From Azolla caroliniana (taxonomy: Eukaryota > Plantae > Polypodiophyta): a stretch of 64,000 nt of DNA. Under the pieces are notes generated by a model that made no database searches, had not been told where the DNA came from, and saw only the letters and a program-made list of their open reading frames with translations. Below are positions 23,780-34,908 of this stretch, piece after piece. Within the stretch, counting starts at the first letter, position 1; every line of letters starts with the position of its first letter. The stretch lies in contig JBHGNT010000003.1 in the NCBI GenBank assembly GCA_043228905.1, positions 5,952,001 to 6,016,000 of the forward strand, read 5' to 3'. Made by a program: the position numbers and the translations under genes.

Positions 23780-25450
23780 TGTCACGAACACACCAAATGC
23801 GGACTAAGACGGAGCATGGATGATGAGGCTATGATGGAGCGATGACGCGAGGAACTTAAGACGTGGAATGACACAAGAGCATAAAGATAGAGATGAAGAT
23901 CAAGGAGAGAGGATGGGCGAAATGGGAATACTAGATTGATATGTCTATGACCGGCGTTGTTCACCTTGAATTCCTTCAAGGTGAACTCAACTATTTATAT
24001 TAAGTGGTATGCATACCTGTTGCACACATGTGATACAATAGAGCATGTAGGCAGTAGGTACACATGCATGTGCAAAGTGTAAATAATACAAGGGAGAAAT
24101 TATGCACATGATGCTAGCTAAAACCTACAATGAGGAAATATATATATGATTATATGTTAGATGTGTGGTTAACACATAACACTCGATTATAACTTGGTCA
24201 TGTCAAGAGTTCGAATCTTGACATTATCCCCCCTCCAACGATGCCTTCCCAAATCGTTTGTCGGCTTAAGGGGATATTGTTGATGAAAATCTTAGATCAC
24301 CTCAAAAGTATTTTGTAAATCCTAGACAAGGAGTAACCCTTCCACAAGACGAGGTATTTAACACCAACGGGCATGAGCGACCATGTGTGGTCCTCATGTA
24401 GGACTGGAACACAAATATCAACGGGTGTGAGCGACCATGTGTAGTCCTCACGGGGAGCATGAACACCAAGGGGCATGAGTGACCATGTGGGGTCCTTGCC
24501 AGGAACTGGAACGGTCCTCGCTGAGGTTGGAATACGAACACCAACGGGTGTGAGCAACCATGTTGTCCTCACCGAGCAATGGAACACGAACGAGATTAAT
24601 CGACCATGTGTGGTCCTCACCAGGAATTGGAACATGAACAACAACGGGCATGAGCGACCATGTCGGTCCTCGCTGGGATCTAGAACACGAACAATAGTTG
24701 GAGTGAGCGACCATGTGCGGTTGTCACCGGAGACTGGAACACGAACGGGAGTGAGCGACCGTGCGGCCCTCACCGGGAGCTGTAACACGAACACCAATGG
24801 GAGTGAGCGGCCTTGTGAGAACCTCACCGGGAACTGGAACACGAACACGAACAGGAAAGAAACTAAAAAATAGAGACAATGATGAGGAGAAACTAAAAAA
24901 TAGAGACAATGAAGCGATGTTGATGATGGTACGGCGACGATGGTAACTCTAGAAGCAAGGGCGATGACGGAGACGGTTGATGCTTCTAGTTGGAAGGTGA
25001 ACAAACTGTCACGGACATACCAAATGCAGACTAAGACAAAGCACAGATGATGAGGCTATGATGGAGCGATGACGCAAGGAACTTAAGACGTGGAATGACA
25101 CAAGAGCATAAAGATAGAGATGAAGATCAAGGAGAGAGGATGGGCGAAATGGGAATACTAGATTGATATGTCTATGACTGGCATTGTTCACCTTGAATTC
25201 CTTCAAGGTGAACTCAACTATTTATACTAAGTGGCATGCATACTTGTTGCACACATGTGATACAATAGAGCATGTAGGCAGTAGGTACACATGCATGTGC
25301 AAAGTGTAAATAATACAAGGGAGAAATTATGCACATGATGCTAGCTAAAACCTACAATGAGGAAATATATATATGATTATATGTTAGATGTGTGGTTAAC
25401 ACATAACACTCGATTATAACTTGGTCATGTCAAGAGTTCGAATCTTGACA
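23780..25450 (-). mobile_element. Non-autonomous LTR mini-element D (TRIM-like): 444-bp LTRs and a 783-bp non-coding core
   Basis: LTRs 23780-24223 and 25007-25450 (TGTCA...TGACA); TSD CATGC/CACGC; minus-strand PPT GGAGGGGGGATAA next to 24223; no tRNA-type PBS. Confidence 0.9.
24360..24852. repeat. Degenerate ~50 bp tandem repeat (about 9 units) inside element D
   Basis: Recurring core gRgYRtgagcgaccatgtgtggtcctcaccgggaactggaacacgaac. Confidence 0.85.
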
Positions 25451-26789
25451 CACGCAACCGTTGCCAAGCCATAACATATAATGTGTGTATCCTTCTGCAA
25501 ACAAATTGGGAGAGGTTTACGGCACAATTAAAAACAACGCTAGACAAAGGATGGATGGCGTGGGTTGCACAAGCGGCGGAATAGCATAAGTATCGAGCGA
25601 ACTAGGAGAACCGGAGGAAAGACGGCCAAGGCTTCTATAAACTCAATGAGGACAGCATTGCGGCATTACGCGAGGACCTAGCGCAGGACTATCGCACGCT
25701 AGCGGACCAACATTCCGAAGAACTCGCGCAGCTACTAGATGATTTTGGCGAAAGTCAAGAGGACCTGTTTCACCAGATCACGCAAGCTGGCAGCACGCGA
25801 ACAAACGAGGAATCCATCGCGACACCAATTCCGGATACTGCCGAACAAGAAGAACCTCAGACCATGTCACCAGAAATTACCACTACGGTGAACAGCGCGG
25901 AACGGCGAGCGGAGTCCCCCGCAATACCAGACAGCGAAACCACCGCCCAAGTGGAACCCCAGCCGCCGGAGCATACGCTTACGGTTGACCACACGGAGAA
26001 CATCCCGAACCAAGAGGAACCGCAAACCCAATCCCAAAAGCGTACAACGACGGCCGACATCACAAGGGAAGTGACGGACGAAACAGAACCGTGACCTACT
26101 GCAAGCCCGCGGACGGCTGAACTAAACCCCCTAGCCCACGAAGAGCCCACAGAACCCGGCCCACCCACACAGGATGACCACGACTCCATGAGCAGCCCTC
26201 CAGACCAAGTAGGGGAACCACACAACGACGCGACTACAGGCCCTACGTCGTCCCCAGACATGGACACCGTAGAAGAACCAAACATCAGGGCCATTTTGGA
26301 GGAAGATTAAAGGGATAGGTCCGATGTGCCATGGCACTATCCCACAGGCGTGCTAGGTGTTGTCCGCCGGAATAGTAACTGATGGATAAGAGCGCAGTAA
26401 TATGGAATAGAATACTATTGTAACGCATGTAACGGTTCACGTGGGAAGCGTGAACGGCTAAAAGACCCTGCATATATAAAGGGTAGAAAAACCTCTGATA
26501 GAGGTAGCGTGTAATTTTGAATGTAAAAGGCGTATTGTAATAGAGTTCTATCTTCTCTTATATCTCTGTGTAGGTGTGGTTAATCTAATGTGTGTCTGTA
26601 ATTCCTAAGAGCGTAGGAGTGAGCAACAGTGTGTGCGTTAGCTCACTATCTAAGGAGCTCGGTTGTAGCCGTCTCCCTTATACACTGCTAGGTTACGGGT
26701 AGTATCCTCACTAAGTATTATGCACAGATGCTACCATTCGTTGTCACACAGTCACTTGGAGGTCTAAGTCGAAGGACTGACCATAGATC

Positions 26790-28327
26790 GTGTTCCTAAT
26801 CGGCAACACTCACATTCTGTGTCGGTCCCCACACATCCGAATGGATTAAATCCAGCGGATTTCGTACGATTACGCTCATTGGGGAATGGAAGTCGGTGTT
26901 GCTTCCCTAGTTGGCAAGCTTCGCAGACTTGACCATTACAGCCCCGAAATTTCAGCAATCCGAAAACAATATTCTTCGTTTGCATTTCACGAAGCCGTGG
27001 GAAGTTAACGTGACCGAACCGCTTGTGCCATAGGTCAATATCGGATTCAACCTTCTGTCCTTTCGCGAATAGCGCGGTTCCGGCTTGATTGGTGTCGAGG
27101 ATAAACATCCTCCCTTCACGGCGCCCCTACGCAATAACTTTGCCTTCGTCTTCGATGTAGCACCCTAGGTGCGTGAATTGAACTTGCAACCCCTGGTCGA
27201 CAATCTATCTGACTGACACCAGGTTCTTGGTTATTGTCGGGATGTGCAACACGTTCATAAGTTTCCCTTTCTACCCGATGTGGCTAAGAGGAACTTCTCT
27301 GACATGTTCGATGGTATGCGAAGTGTCGTTTCCCATTTCAACCACTCCTTGTTTTTCCGGTTTCTCCAAGTACGAGAACCATTCTTCATGACTCATCATA
27401 TGATTCGACCCTCCGGAATCAACATACCACACACACCTTGCTCGATTTCGAGGTGTTCACGGCCATCGAATTGGCCTTGTGCTTCATTACGAAGGTTGCG
27501 CCTGAATCATTTCTGTTGGACATTGTTGAGCTCTTGCCTGAGCTGCAATTTCCTGGCCGTTGTGCTAGTAGCGAAAATCCTCTTGAGATTCGCCCACGCG
27601 TCCTTTGGCGTCTTAGCATCTCGAATGTAGCTCAAGAGCTGGTCGCTCACACAAGACGCGAAGCAGTAAAGAACTCTGCTTGCCACGTGTTCCCAAGCCG
27701 AAAAATCTCTATGTGTCAATTCGGGCGATGTATCATTAGTTCCTTCGATATAACTCCAGTAACCATGACCAAGTAGGTACTTGTGCATGCGTAGTTGCTC
27801 TTATCGAGCTTCCTGTTCCTTTGTCCATATTGTTGTCTTATCCTTTCCAAAAACAATAACTTAACTCTGTCTTTATCGCAAGCTTTTTTGTTGGCTACAG
27901 AGGAATCTCAACCCTTGTGCTCTGATACCATGGAAAAGAATACGTGCACGGAAGCGTATGCGTAAGAGCACAGAGTACACGGTTCGATAAAACACAGAAA
28001 TCACAGAGAGAGGGAGAGGGAGAGACAGACAAAGCAGAAACACCAAACTATATTAAAAAAAATCTCTATATGTTTCTCTGTACATATTTCGTGCTCAATG
28101 AGCACCTTTTATACAAGCCCCGACTATTGGGTTGACACAAGTACTGACAGTACTTAACCGCTCATAAATGAGCCTTCTACACTAACTCCCAAAACTATTC
28201 CTTACAAGGAATAACATTCTAACGGCCTCTCGGTTTAAACACCATCACGACCATATTTTGCGTACGGTTTTACGCACGTAGTCTACGTACTGGATTATGC
28301 ACCCAATGTTGAGCTTGTCTCTCAACA
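26790..28327 (-). mobile_element. Internally deleted, truncated Ty1/copia element
   Basis: LTR 27931-28327; tRNA-iMet PBS TGGTATCAGAGC (27919-27930); gag YLLGHGYW..RKLQLRQEL; PR WYVDSGGSNHM; pre-integrase LWHKRFGH..CEACQLGKQ. Confidence 0.85.
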
Positions 28328-29187
28328 TTAATGCAATAGAGATTCTCGTCAAAATTTCTTTCTTGGGACTTGAGAATGGGTTTGGTTGCATCGAGTACGA
28401 CTTGAGTCGATAGTCGTTAACTCGCTTTCCAACCCCTTCTCCTCAAATTGTCCCGAGCTCGAAGGTTCCATCATTGATGACTCATACGATATAGTACGGT
28501 CTTGCCCATCACAATTTTAATTTTCCTATTTTAATCCCCATTTTTGTTTGGAAAACTAACTTTGCCTTGCCCCCCTATAGTTCGCTATCACGTTTTTGTT
28601 GATGCATGTTGACAAATGCTTCTTGCCTTCTTTGTACTGCCTCCTGCATTGCTTCCTTGCAAATCTGTTATTCACCTAATTTCAGCAATTCAATATTTTG
28701 AATGTTGATTGATGCATCCCTGTCTAGACTTTCCTGCACTTGAATTCGTCAAGAGTTTGTGATGAACTCCATTGGCAAATTTGCATCTAAGTCGCAATCC
28801 AATTGAAACAATGTAAAAACGATTGTTGATTTGAAGGAAGTTTGATACCCCCATAGAGCCGACTGTAGTTTCTGATTCCCAATTGGTTTGGTGTTCATTC
28901 CCTGTCTTCCTTAGGATTCACTAGAGACTCTTGTTTGAGGATTCTGTTAATCCATTCACGTTTTTGTGAGCAATCATATGCCTAGTTGTGAGCCCTTGTA
29001 TGACCACCCTAATCACTTACCAGCTCGATTGAGCAATCAAATCGAGTCATGATATTTTCATACAAAAATTTAGCTATTGAATTTGCCAAATTATCCCTTA
29101 GTGCCTATGCTTCGACCCATTCCGTATAGTAGACCATTGCTACTATAATGTATCGGTTGTGGGTCTGATATGATATTGGGATGAGTG
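28328..29187 (-). mobile_element. Highly decayed gypsy integrase fragment
   Basis: Minus-strand traces of YII..YYTEWVEA, ALWGYQTSFKS and a GPY-like RPYYIV..DGTFEL, with many stops. Confidence 0.65.
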
Positions 29188-32100
29188 TGTTGGAAGCGAG
29201 GTCGTTAATGCGGAAGATCTTGAAGCATTCTGTTCTGTTCAGTACCTGCGTATGAGAGATTGTAGGTCGTTGCACAGAGAGAGAGAGAGAGACACAAAAG
29301 ACTTTCTTATTGCATAAACAAAGAATACAACAACCAACCTCACAAAGAGGTTACAAGGTCACTATATATAGTGACCAACTTAGGGCAACTACCCTTTATG
29401 CTAATTACATAAATGGCCAAAACGGGATAGTGTGAATACGTCCATTATACACATGTATTCGACACTCCCCCGTAATGGGCGTATACATGGGTTATCTAAG
29501 ATTACAGGTATAGACTTAGGTTCTCGGACATATCAGCTTTGTTCGAGTCGGCAGGGTCCGAAGGCAGAAGACCGAGCTGGTCGGGTCGGAACAGTTGAAG
29601 CCGATCATTAAGGAACTGACGTCGGTTGTCGGGAACCATCCTGCTCTGTGTCCGGCTCTAACCGGATTGGTTTGTCGTTACGCCCATCTGATGCCGAAGA
29701 GACCGAAAGCGGTCTGCCGAAAGACACTTGGTCATTCCATCTGCGACATTGTCGGTTGTGGATATTTTCTCTAGACCGATTTTCCCTGAAATGACGCAGT
29801 CCCGAACGAAGTGATATCGAACGTCGATATGCTTGGAGGCGTTGTGGTGAACCGGATTTTTCGACAAGGCAACAGCACCTTGACTGTCGCTGTAGACAAC
29901 TGGAGCCGAGTCATGGTCGACTTGTCGAAACGTGTGCGCCAGCCGACCAAGCCATAAGGCTTCTTTTGCTGCGTCGGACGCAGCTACATATTCTGCTTCG
30001 GTCGTTGAGGTCGCTGTGCATTCCTGAAGTTTCGACTTCCACGAGATTGCTCCATTGCCGAATTTGAAGCAGTATCCGGTTGTTGATTTCCGACTGTCTA
30101 TACAGCCGGCGAAGTCCGAGTCGGTGTAACCGACTACGCCTGAGGTTCGGTTCGGACCGAAAAGAATGCCGTGGTCTTTTGTGCCAGCCAGATATCTGAA
30201 CACATGCTTGACTGCGTTCCAATGCGATCGGCCAGGATTGTGCATAAATCTGCTAACGACTCCTACGGCATGAGAGATATCAGGCCGTGTCGCGACCATC
30301 AGGTACATAAGGGAGCCGACTGCCGGTGCATACGGTACCGACTTCATATCTTCCCCCTCCGGACCGGATGTCGGGCAGTCTCGCTGAGAGAGCCGAAGAT
30401 TCATGGGGAGCGGGGTTGAAGCAGATTTGGCTGATTGCATGTTGAAGCGTTCCAAGACACGTCCGATGTAGTCGGTCTGAGACAAAAAAAGATGTCGTTT
30501 ATCGCGATGCCGACTAATCTTCATGCCGAGTATGTGTCGTGCCGGGCCGAGGTCCTTCATGGCAAACTTCAACCGCAGTTGCCGAACGAGGTCGGCAAGT
30601 TCGCCCGCGTGGCGTCCAGAAATTAGCATGTCGTCCACGTAAATGATGAGGAAGATGGGTGATCCATCTTGAGCTGTGTTGGTGAAGAGACAATGGTCCT
30701 CATCGCTTTTGGAGAAGCCGATCGATTGGATGAAGTCGTCGAACTTCTTGTACCATTGTCGCGGTGCCTGTTTGAGGCCGTATAGACTCTTCCTGAGTCG
30801 GCAGACTAGATGTTCTTGGCCGGTTGCCACGAAGCCTTTCGGCTGCTCCATATAAATTTCCTCGTCAAGATCACCATGGAGGAATGCTGTTTTGACATCT
30901 AGCTGAATCAGCTCCAAGTTGTCGGCTGCCACTACGCCGAGTAGGAAACGAAGGGTTGTCATTTTCACCACTGGTGAAAAAATCTCGTCGAAGTCGACGC
31001 CATATTCTTGTCGGAAGCCCTTCGCAACTAATCTGGCCTTGTACTTTGGGGTGGTCGAATCTGACGTCTCTTTTAGTCGATAAACCCACTTGCAAGGAAG
31101 AGCACGTCGGTTCCTAGGTAATTCGACCAGATCCCAAGTCTTGTTTGCCCGAATGGAGTGCATTTCCGACTCCATCGCCAGATGCCAGGTGGCGGAATCG
31201 ACAGATGTCGATGCTTCTTCGTAAGACGTCGGTTCGCCGGCGTCGGTGAAGAAAATTCCAGGAGAATACCTCTCCGGAGGTTGCGACAGTCTCTCGGATC
31301 GTCGAGGCATGATTGGACTGGTCGCATCGGGTATCGTGGTCGGATGGTCCGAAAGCGGATTGTTCTGCTGTGCCGAGTCGGAGTTGTCCGAGTCGGTAGT
31401 GTAAGGTTCAGCTACCCGTGAAGCTGACCGTGTGTTGAGAGCGGGGCCTTCTTGAAGGGTCGGCACATCGGAAAAGGTTACCCTTCGGACTTCGATCGGT
31501 TTTTCGACTGATGGATTCATGGCCGACTCGTTGAACACAACGTCCGAACTTCGAACGATTTGTCTGCGTTCGGGGTCCCAGAGTCGGTATCCCATTTCGC
31601 CGTCGGATCCATATCCAAGGAAAATGCATTTCCTGGACCGAGGTGCAAGTTTTCGGCGATCATCTTTCGGAATAAGGGCGTACGCCTCGCATCCGAAGAT
31701 CCTCAGCTTGTCGTAATTCGGCTTACTGCCGATCCATAGTTCCTGAGGAATTTGAAGTCCTAGAGGTCTACTTGGCGACATATTGATTATGTGTACTGCC
31801 GTGAGTAGAGCCTCTGCCCAGAAGCCATCCGACAGTCCGGAGTGTTGGAGCATGGAGACTAACCGTTCTTGGATTGTCCGATTCATGCGTTCGGCAATCC
31901 CGTTTTGCTCCGGACTGTGTGGTGCCGTAAGTTCACGTCGGATGCCGCGTTGTCGGCAGAATTTGACGAATTCTTCGGATTTGAACTCTCCCCCATTGTC
32001 TGTCCGAAAGCATTTCAGCTTTCGGTCGGTTTGATTTTCCACCATAGCGAGCCAATCTGAAAAGATCGAGAAGACACGATCTTTGGTGCGAATTGGATAC

Positions 32101-34623
32101 GCCCACACCTTTCGAGTCGAGTCGTCAATAAAAGTGACGAAGTAAGATGCACCGCCTAGAGACTGATGCGGCATTGGGCCACAGACGTCCGAATGGACTA
32201 AATCAAGAGGTCTCGTTTCTCTTGGTGCTGATGTCGGGTGTGATGCGGCTACTTGTTTGCCATACTGGCAATGCTCGCAGAATTGATGGTCCGAGAAGGA
32301 GAGTTTGGGGATGTATCCGGCTCTAGATAGGTGCGTGATGCCGGCCTTGCTGAGGTGTCCCAGTCTTCGGTGCCATAATGATGACACAGGAATATCCACC
32401 AAGAACAGGTTACCCTCTCTGAGCGTAACATGTAACGGATACAGGGAGTGTATCTTAGGTCCTCTAGCAAGCAGGAGGTTCCCCCTGTGGAGTGTCCACC
32501 CTCCCGAAGAGAAACCGGCACGAATGCCGTCTTCATCTAGTTGTCCGACTGAGATCAATGGCCTTGAGAGCTCGGGTACATGTCGGACATTGTGGAGTAC
32601 AAGTGTAGAGCCACCTGCAAGGTTGAGCTCTACTGTGCCGATTCCGATGATGTCACAGTGTTGCGAGTTACCGACCCGAACTGAGTCGGAGTGACGGATC
32701 GTGTATTGCCGAAATTGGGATCGATGAGGAGTCACGTGAAATGACGCGCCCGAATCTAAGAGCCATGTGCTCGATTCTTCAGTCGTGAGTAGAACTTCTG
32801 ATCCGACTGGATTTTCGATTGATAGTATATTCGGGTCGTCCGGTAGTACATCAGCTGAGAAGCTGACGTAATTGATCTCCTCATGCCGGCCACTCTTCTT
32901 GTTGTTCTTGTTCTTGAGTGCGCGGCAGTCGGCTTTGATGTGTCCGGGTTTCTTGCAGTAGTTGCAGATTCGGTTATCCCGTGACTGGCTCCGTCTTCGC
33001 TGATTGTTCGACGGTCGTGAGGAATCTCTTCCTCGTATGTTCGATCGGTCTGTCGAACCTTGTACTACATAAGCGTCTTCTGTTGAGTCTTTGCCGAAAG
33101 ACTTTCTCCGAGCTGCTTCGGTTAGGATTGCGCTCGTGACTTCGGAGTATTTAACAGCCGTGGTTGACGCGTTGCACACAGTTGTGACGAAAGTTTCCCA
33201 TGATGAGGGAAGGCTGCTCATGAGTATCATTGCTCTGAGTTCATCCTCGATTGCCGTCCCCTGAGATGAGATTTGGGAGCTGATGCTTTCGTACTCATTG
33301 AGGTGTGCCTGAACCGAATCGGATTCTTTCATCCGCAAGTTGTAGAGGCGCCGGATCAGAAACATCTTCGTTGCGGCGACCTTCTTTTCGTAAGTGTCCG
33401 ACAGTGTTTTCCACAGTTCGAATGCTGTCGTACACGATTGCACCGTAAAGTATACCGATTCCGATAGGTGCATCCGAATCGTGGCGCGGACGATTCTGTC
33501 CAGCTTCTGCCACTCAATTGGTTTGTATCCTTCTGGAGGTTCTTCATTTTCGATGGGATCGATTTGCCCCTTGACTATGAGATAGTCCTGCATTTGCTCC
33601 TTCCAGAAGTTAAAGTTCGATCCATCGAACTTTCGTAGACTCATTTCTGACGAGCCGGATGTTGATGCCATCAAATTCGGTTTTGGTTGACGAAGCTCGG
33701 TTCAGAGTTGACTACGAACCTTGTTGGAGTGCAGCCGGTTGGCTCACCCGATATCGTTCTAGTCGGATTTGAACCCGAGTCGGTTCGGCTTCGGAACTTG
33801 CTCGAATTGACTCCGGTAGCTTGAGGGACAGAACCGACTGGTCTTCCCGAATGTTGCCGAGTCGGCGTGAGCCCGGTTCGCTTCGGATATATATGCCGAA
33901 TACCGATAATTGAAACCGATTATCTGGACCGATTCTGCTTCGGGTGGCTGCAGCGACGAGAGAGACAGATCCAACTGATCCTCTCGAATGTCGATCAGCC
34001 GGATGAAGCACGAATTGGGGTTGTTGTCTTGAGACCGATCTGCACCGAGTGGTTACAACGAGCAGCGTTTGGTGACCTCTTCGGTTGCCGTTTAACCGAA
34101 TGGAGCACGATCGTGTCAATGATGCACAAGGGGATTTCACCTCGAGCGGTTACGATCACACGGAAGAGAGTACAACCTGTGGGCTTACTCCAAGCAAGAG
34201 GATCTAACGCGATGAGGTGCAAACCTCGTTTTTGTTCTTCTTCTCTCTTTCTTCGAATGACGCGGATACTGTGCAGGCCGAGATGAAGTGAAGAACCGAA
34301 TGCTGTGCAGGCGGTGATGACGGCCGAACCTCGCTCTGATACCAGATGTTGGAAGCGAGGTCGTTAATGCGGAAGATCTTGAAGCATTCTGTTCTGTTCA
34401 GTACCTGCGTATGAGAGATTGTAGGTCGTTGCACAGAGAGAGAGAGAGAGACACAAAAGACTTTCTTATTGCATAAACAAAGAATACAACAACCAACCTC
34501 ACAAAGAGGTTACAAGGTCACTATATATAGTGACCAACTTAGGGCAACTACCCTTTATGCTAATTACATAAATGGCCAAAACGGGATAGTGTGAATACGT
34601 CCATTATACACATGTATTCGACA
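29188..34623 (-). mobile_element. Intact Ty1/copia element (Tnt1/Tork-like) with 277-bp LTRs
   Basis: LTRs 29188-29464 and 34347-34623 look identical; PBS tRNA-iMet 34333-34344; PPT GGGGGAG at 29465-29471; single uninterrupted ORF; no TSD. Confidence 0.95.
29658..33671 (-). CDS. Copia gag-PR-IN-RT-RH polyprotein (~1337 aa)
   Basis: CNYCKKPGHIKADC; WLLDSGASFH; WHRRLGH/CEHC; VHSDV, RTDNGGEF, AERMNR; YKARLVAKG, YVDDM; GYTDSD, SKHIDVRYH. Confidence 0.95.
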   Translation of the reverse strand: MASTSGSSEMSLRKFDGSNFNFWKEQMQDYLIVKGQIDPIENEEPPEGYKPIEWQKLDRIVRATIRMHLSESVYFTVQSCTTAFELWKTLSDTYEKKVAATKMFLIRRLYNLRMKESDSVQAHLNEYESISSQISSQGTAIEDELRAMILMSSLPSSWETFVTTVCNASTTAVKYSEVTSAILTEAARRKSFGKDSTEDAYVVQGSTDRSNIRGRDSSRPSNNQRRRSQSRDNRICNYCKKPGHIKADCRALKNKNNKKSGRHEEINYVSFSADVLPDDPNILSIENPVGSEVLLTTEESSTWLLDSGASFHVTPHRSQFRQYTIRHSDSVRVGNSQHCDIIGIGTVELNLAGGSTLVLHNVRHVPELSRPLISVGQLDEDGIRAGFSSGGWTLHRGNLLLARGPKIHSLYPLHVTLREGNLFLVDIPVSSLWHRRLGHLSKAGITHLSRAGYIPKLSFSDHQFCEHCQYGKQVAASHPTSAPRETRPLDLVHSDVCGPMPHQSLGGASYFVTFIDDSTRKVWAYPIRTKDRVFSIFSDWLAMVENQTDRKLKCFRTDNGGEFKSEEFVKFCRQRGIRRELTAPHSPEQNGIAERMNRTIQERLVSMLQHSGLSDGFWAEALLTAVHIINMSPSRPLGLQIPQELWIGSKPNYDKLRIFGCEAYALIPKDDRRKLAPRSRKCIFLGYGSDGEMGYRLWDPERRQIVRSSDVVFNESAMNPSVEKPIEVRRVTFSDVPTLQEGPALNTRSASRVAEPYTTDSDNSDSAQQNNPLSDHPTTIPDATSPIMPRRSERLSQPPERYSPGIFFTDAGEPTSYEEASTSVDSATWHLAMESEMHSIRANKTWDLVELPRNRRALPCKWVYRLKETSDSTTPKYKARLVAKGFRQEYGVDFDEIFSPVVKMTTLRFLLGVVAADNLELIQLDVKTAFLHGDLDEEIYMEQPKGFVATGQEHLVCRLRKSLYGLKQAPRQWYKKFDDFIQSIGFSKSDEDHCLFTNTAQDGSPIFLIIYVDDMLISGRHAGELADLVRQLRLKFAMKDLGPARHILGMKISRHRDKRHLFLSQTDYIGRVLERFNMQSAKSASTPLPMNLRLSQRDCPTSGPEGEDMKSVPYAPAVGSLMYLMVATRPDISHAVGVVSRFMHNPGRSHWNAVKHVFRYLAGTKDHGILFGPNRTSGVVGYTDSDFAGCIDSRKSTTGYCFKFGNGAISWKSKLQECTATSTTEAEYVAASDAAKEALWLGRLAHTFRQVDHDSAPVVYSDSQGAVALSKNPVHHNASKHIDVRYHFVRDCVISGKIGLEKISTTDNVADGMTKCLSADRFRSLRHQMGVTTNQSG

Positions 34624-34908
34624 AGGGTTAGGGTTTCTTTATCTTTATCTTCATCTTCGTCAGTTAGGGTTTCGAGTAGTCGTTTGGTGCGGCCTATGCG
34701 GCCACCATTTTGTAATCGTTCATTTCGGTTTAATATATCTTGTTGATCATCTTGTCTCCATCTTCCTCTTGTTCGATCTAATCTCTTGTTCATTCTTCTT
34801 CTTCTTGAGCAAAGCTTCCATTCCATGTCCGATTCCTTCTCCTCTACTCCTTAGTCCAAGACCCCCGTGGTCCCGCCCTTCGCTACGCACGCGCGTAGCA
34901 ACACGACA
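34624..34908 (+). repeat. 3' part of an LTR (B3) from a relative of family B
   Basis: Ends ccccgtggtcccgcc..cgcacgcgcgtagcaacacgaca like the B1 LTR end; followed by ACGC and the remnant of the B2 3' LTR. Confidence 0.8.

Larger units (their letters stand above)
14653..26750 (+). mobile_element. Remnant of host retrotransposon C: 3' extra ORF and probable LTR, interrupted by elements B1 and D
   Basis: ORF MPIFIF.. from ~15072 reads through (EIPPTETLQRYFGPY..EGRTVNWG) once 15285-22407 and one ACGC are removed; coiled-coil and acidic tail to ~26310; LTR-like block ~26325-26750 with TATA at ~26473. Termini uncertain. Confidence 0.6.

Noticed and set aside
24360-24852. CRISPR-like repeat/spacer appearance (also at 386-598)
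   Set aside because: Inter-repeat segments are homologous to each other, there are no cas genes, and the context is a eukaryotic LTR element.
34624-34637. agggttagggttt as a telomeric or healing repeat
   Set aside because: Only about two units, inside an LTR fragment; consistent with a telo-box-like motif.
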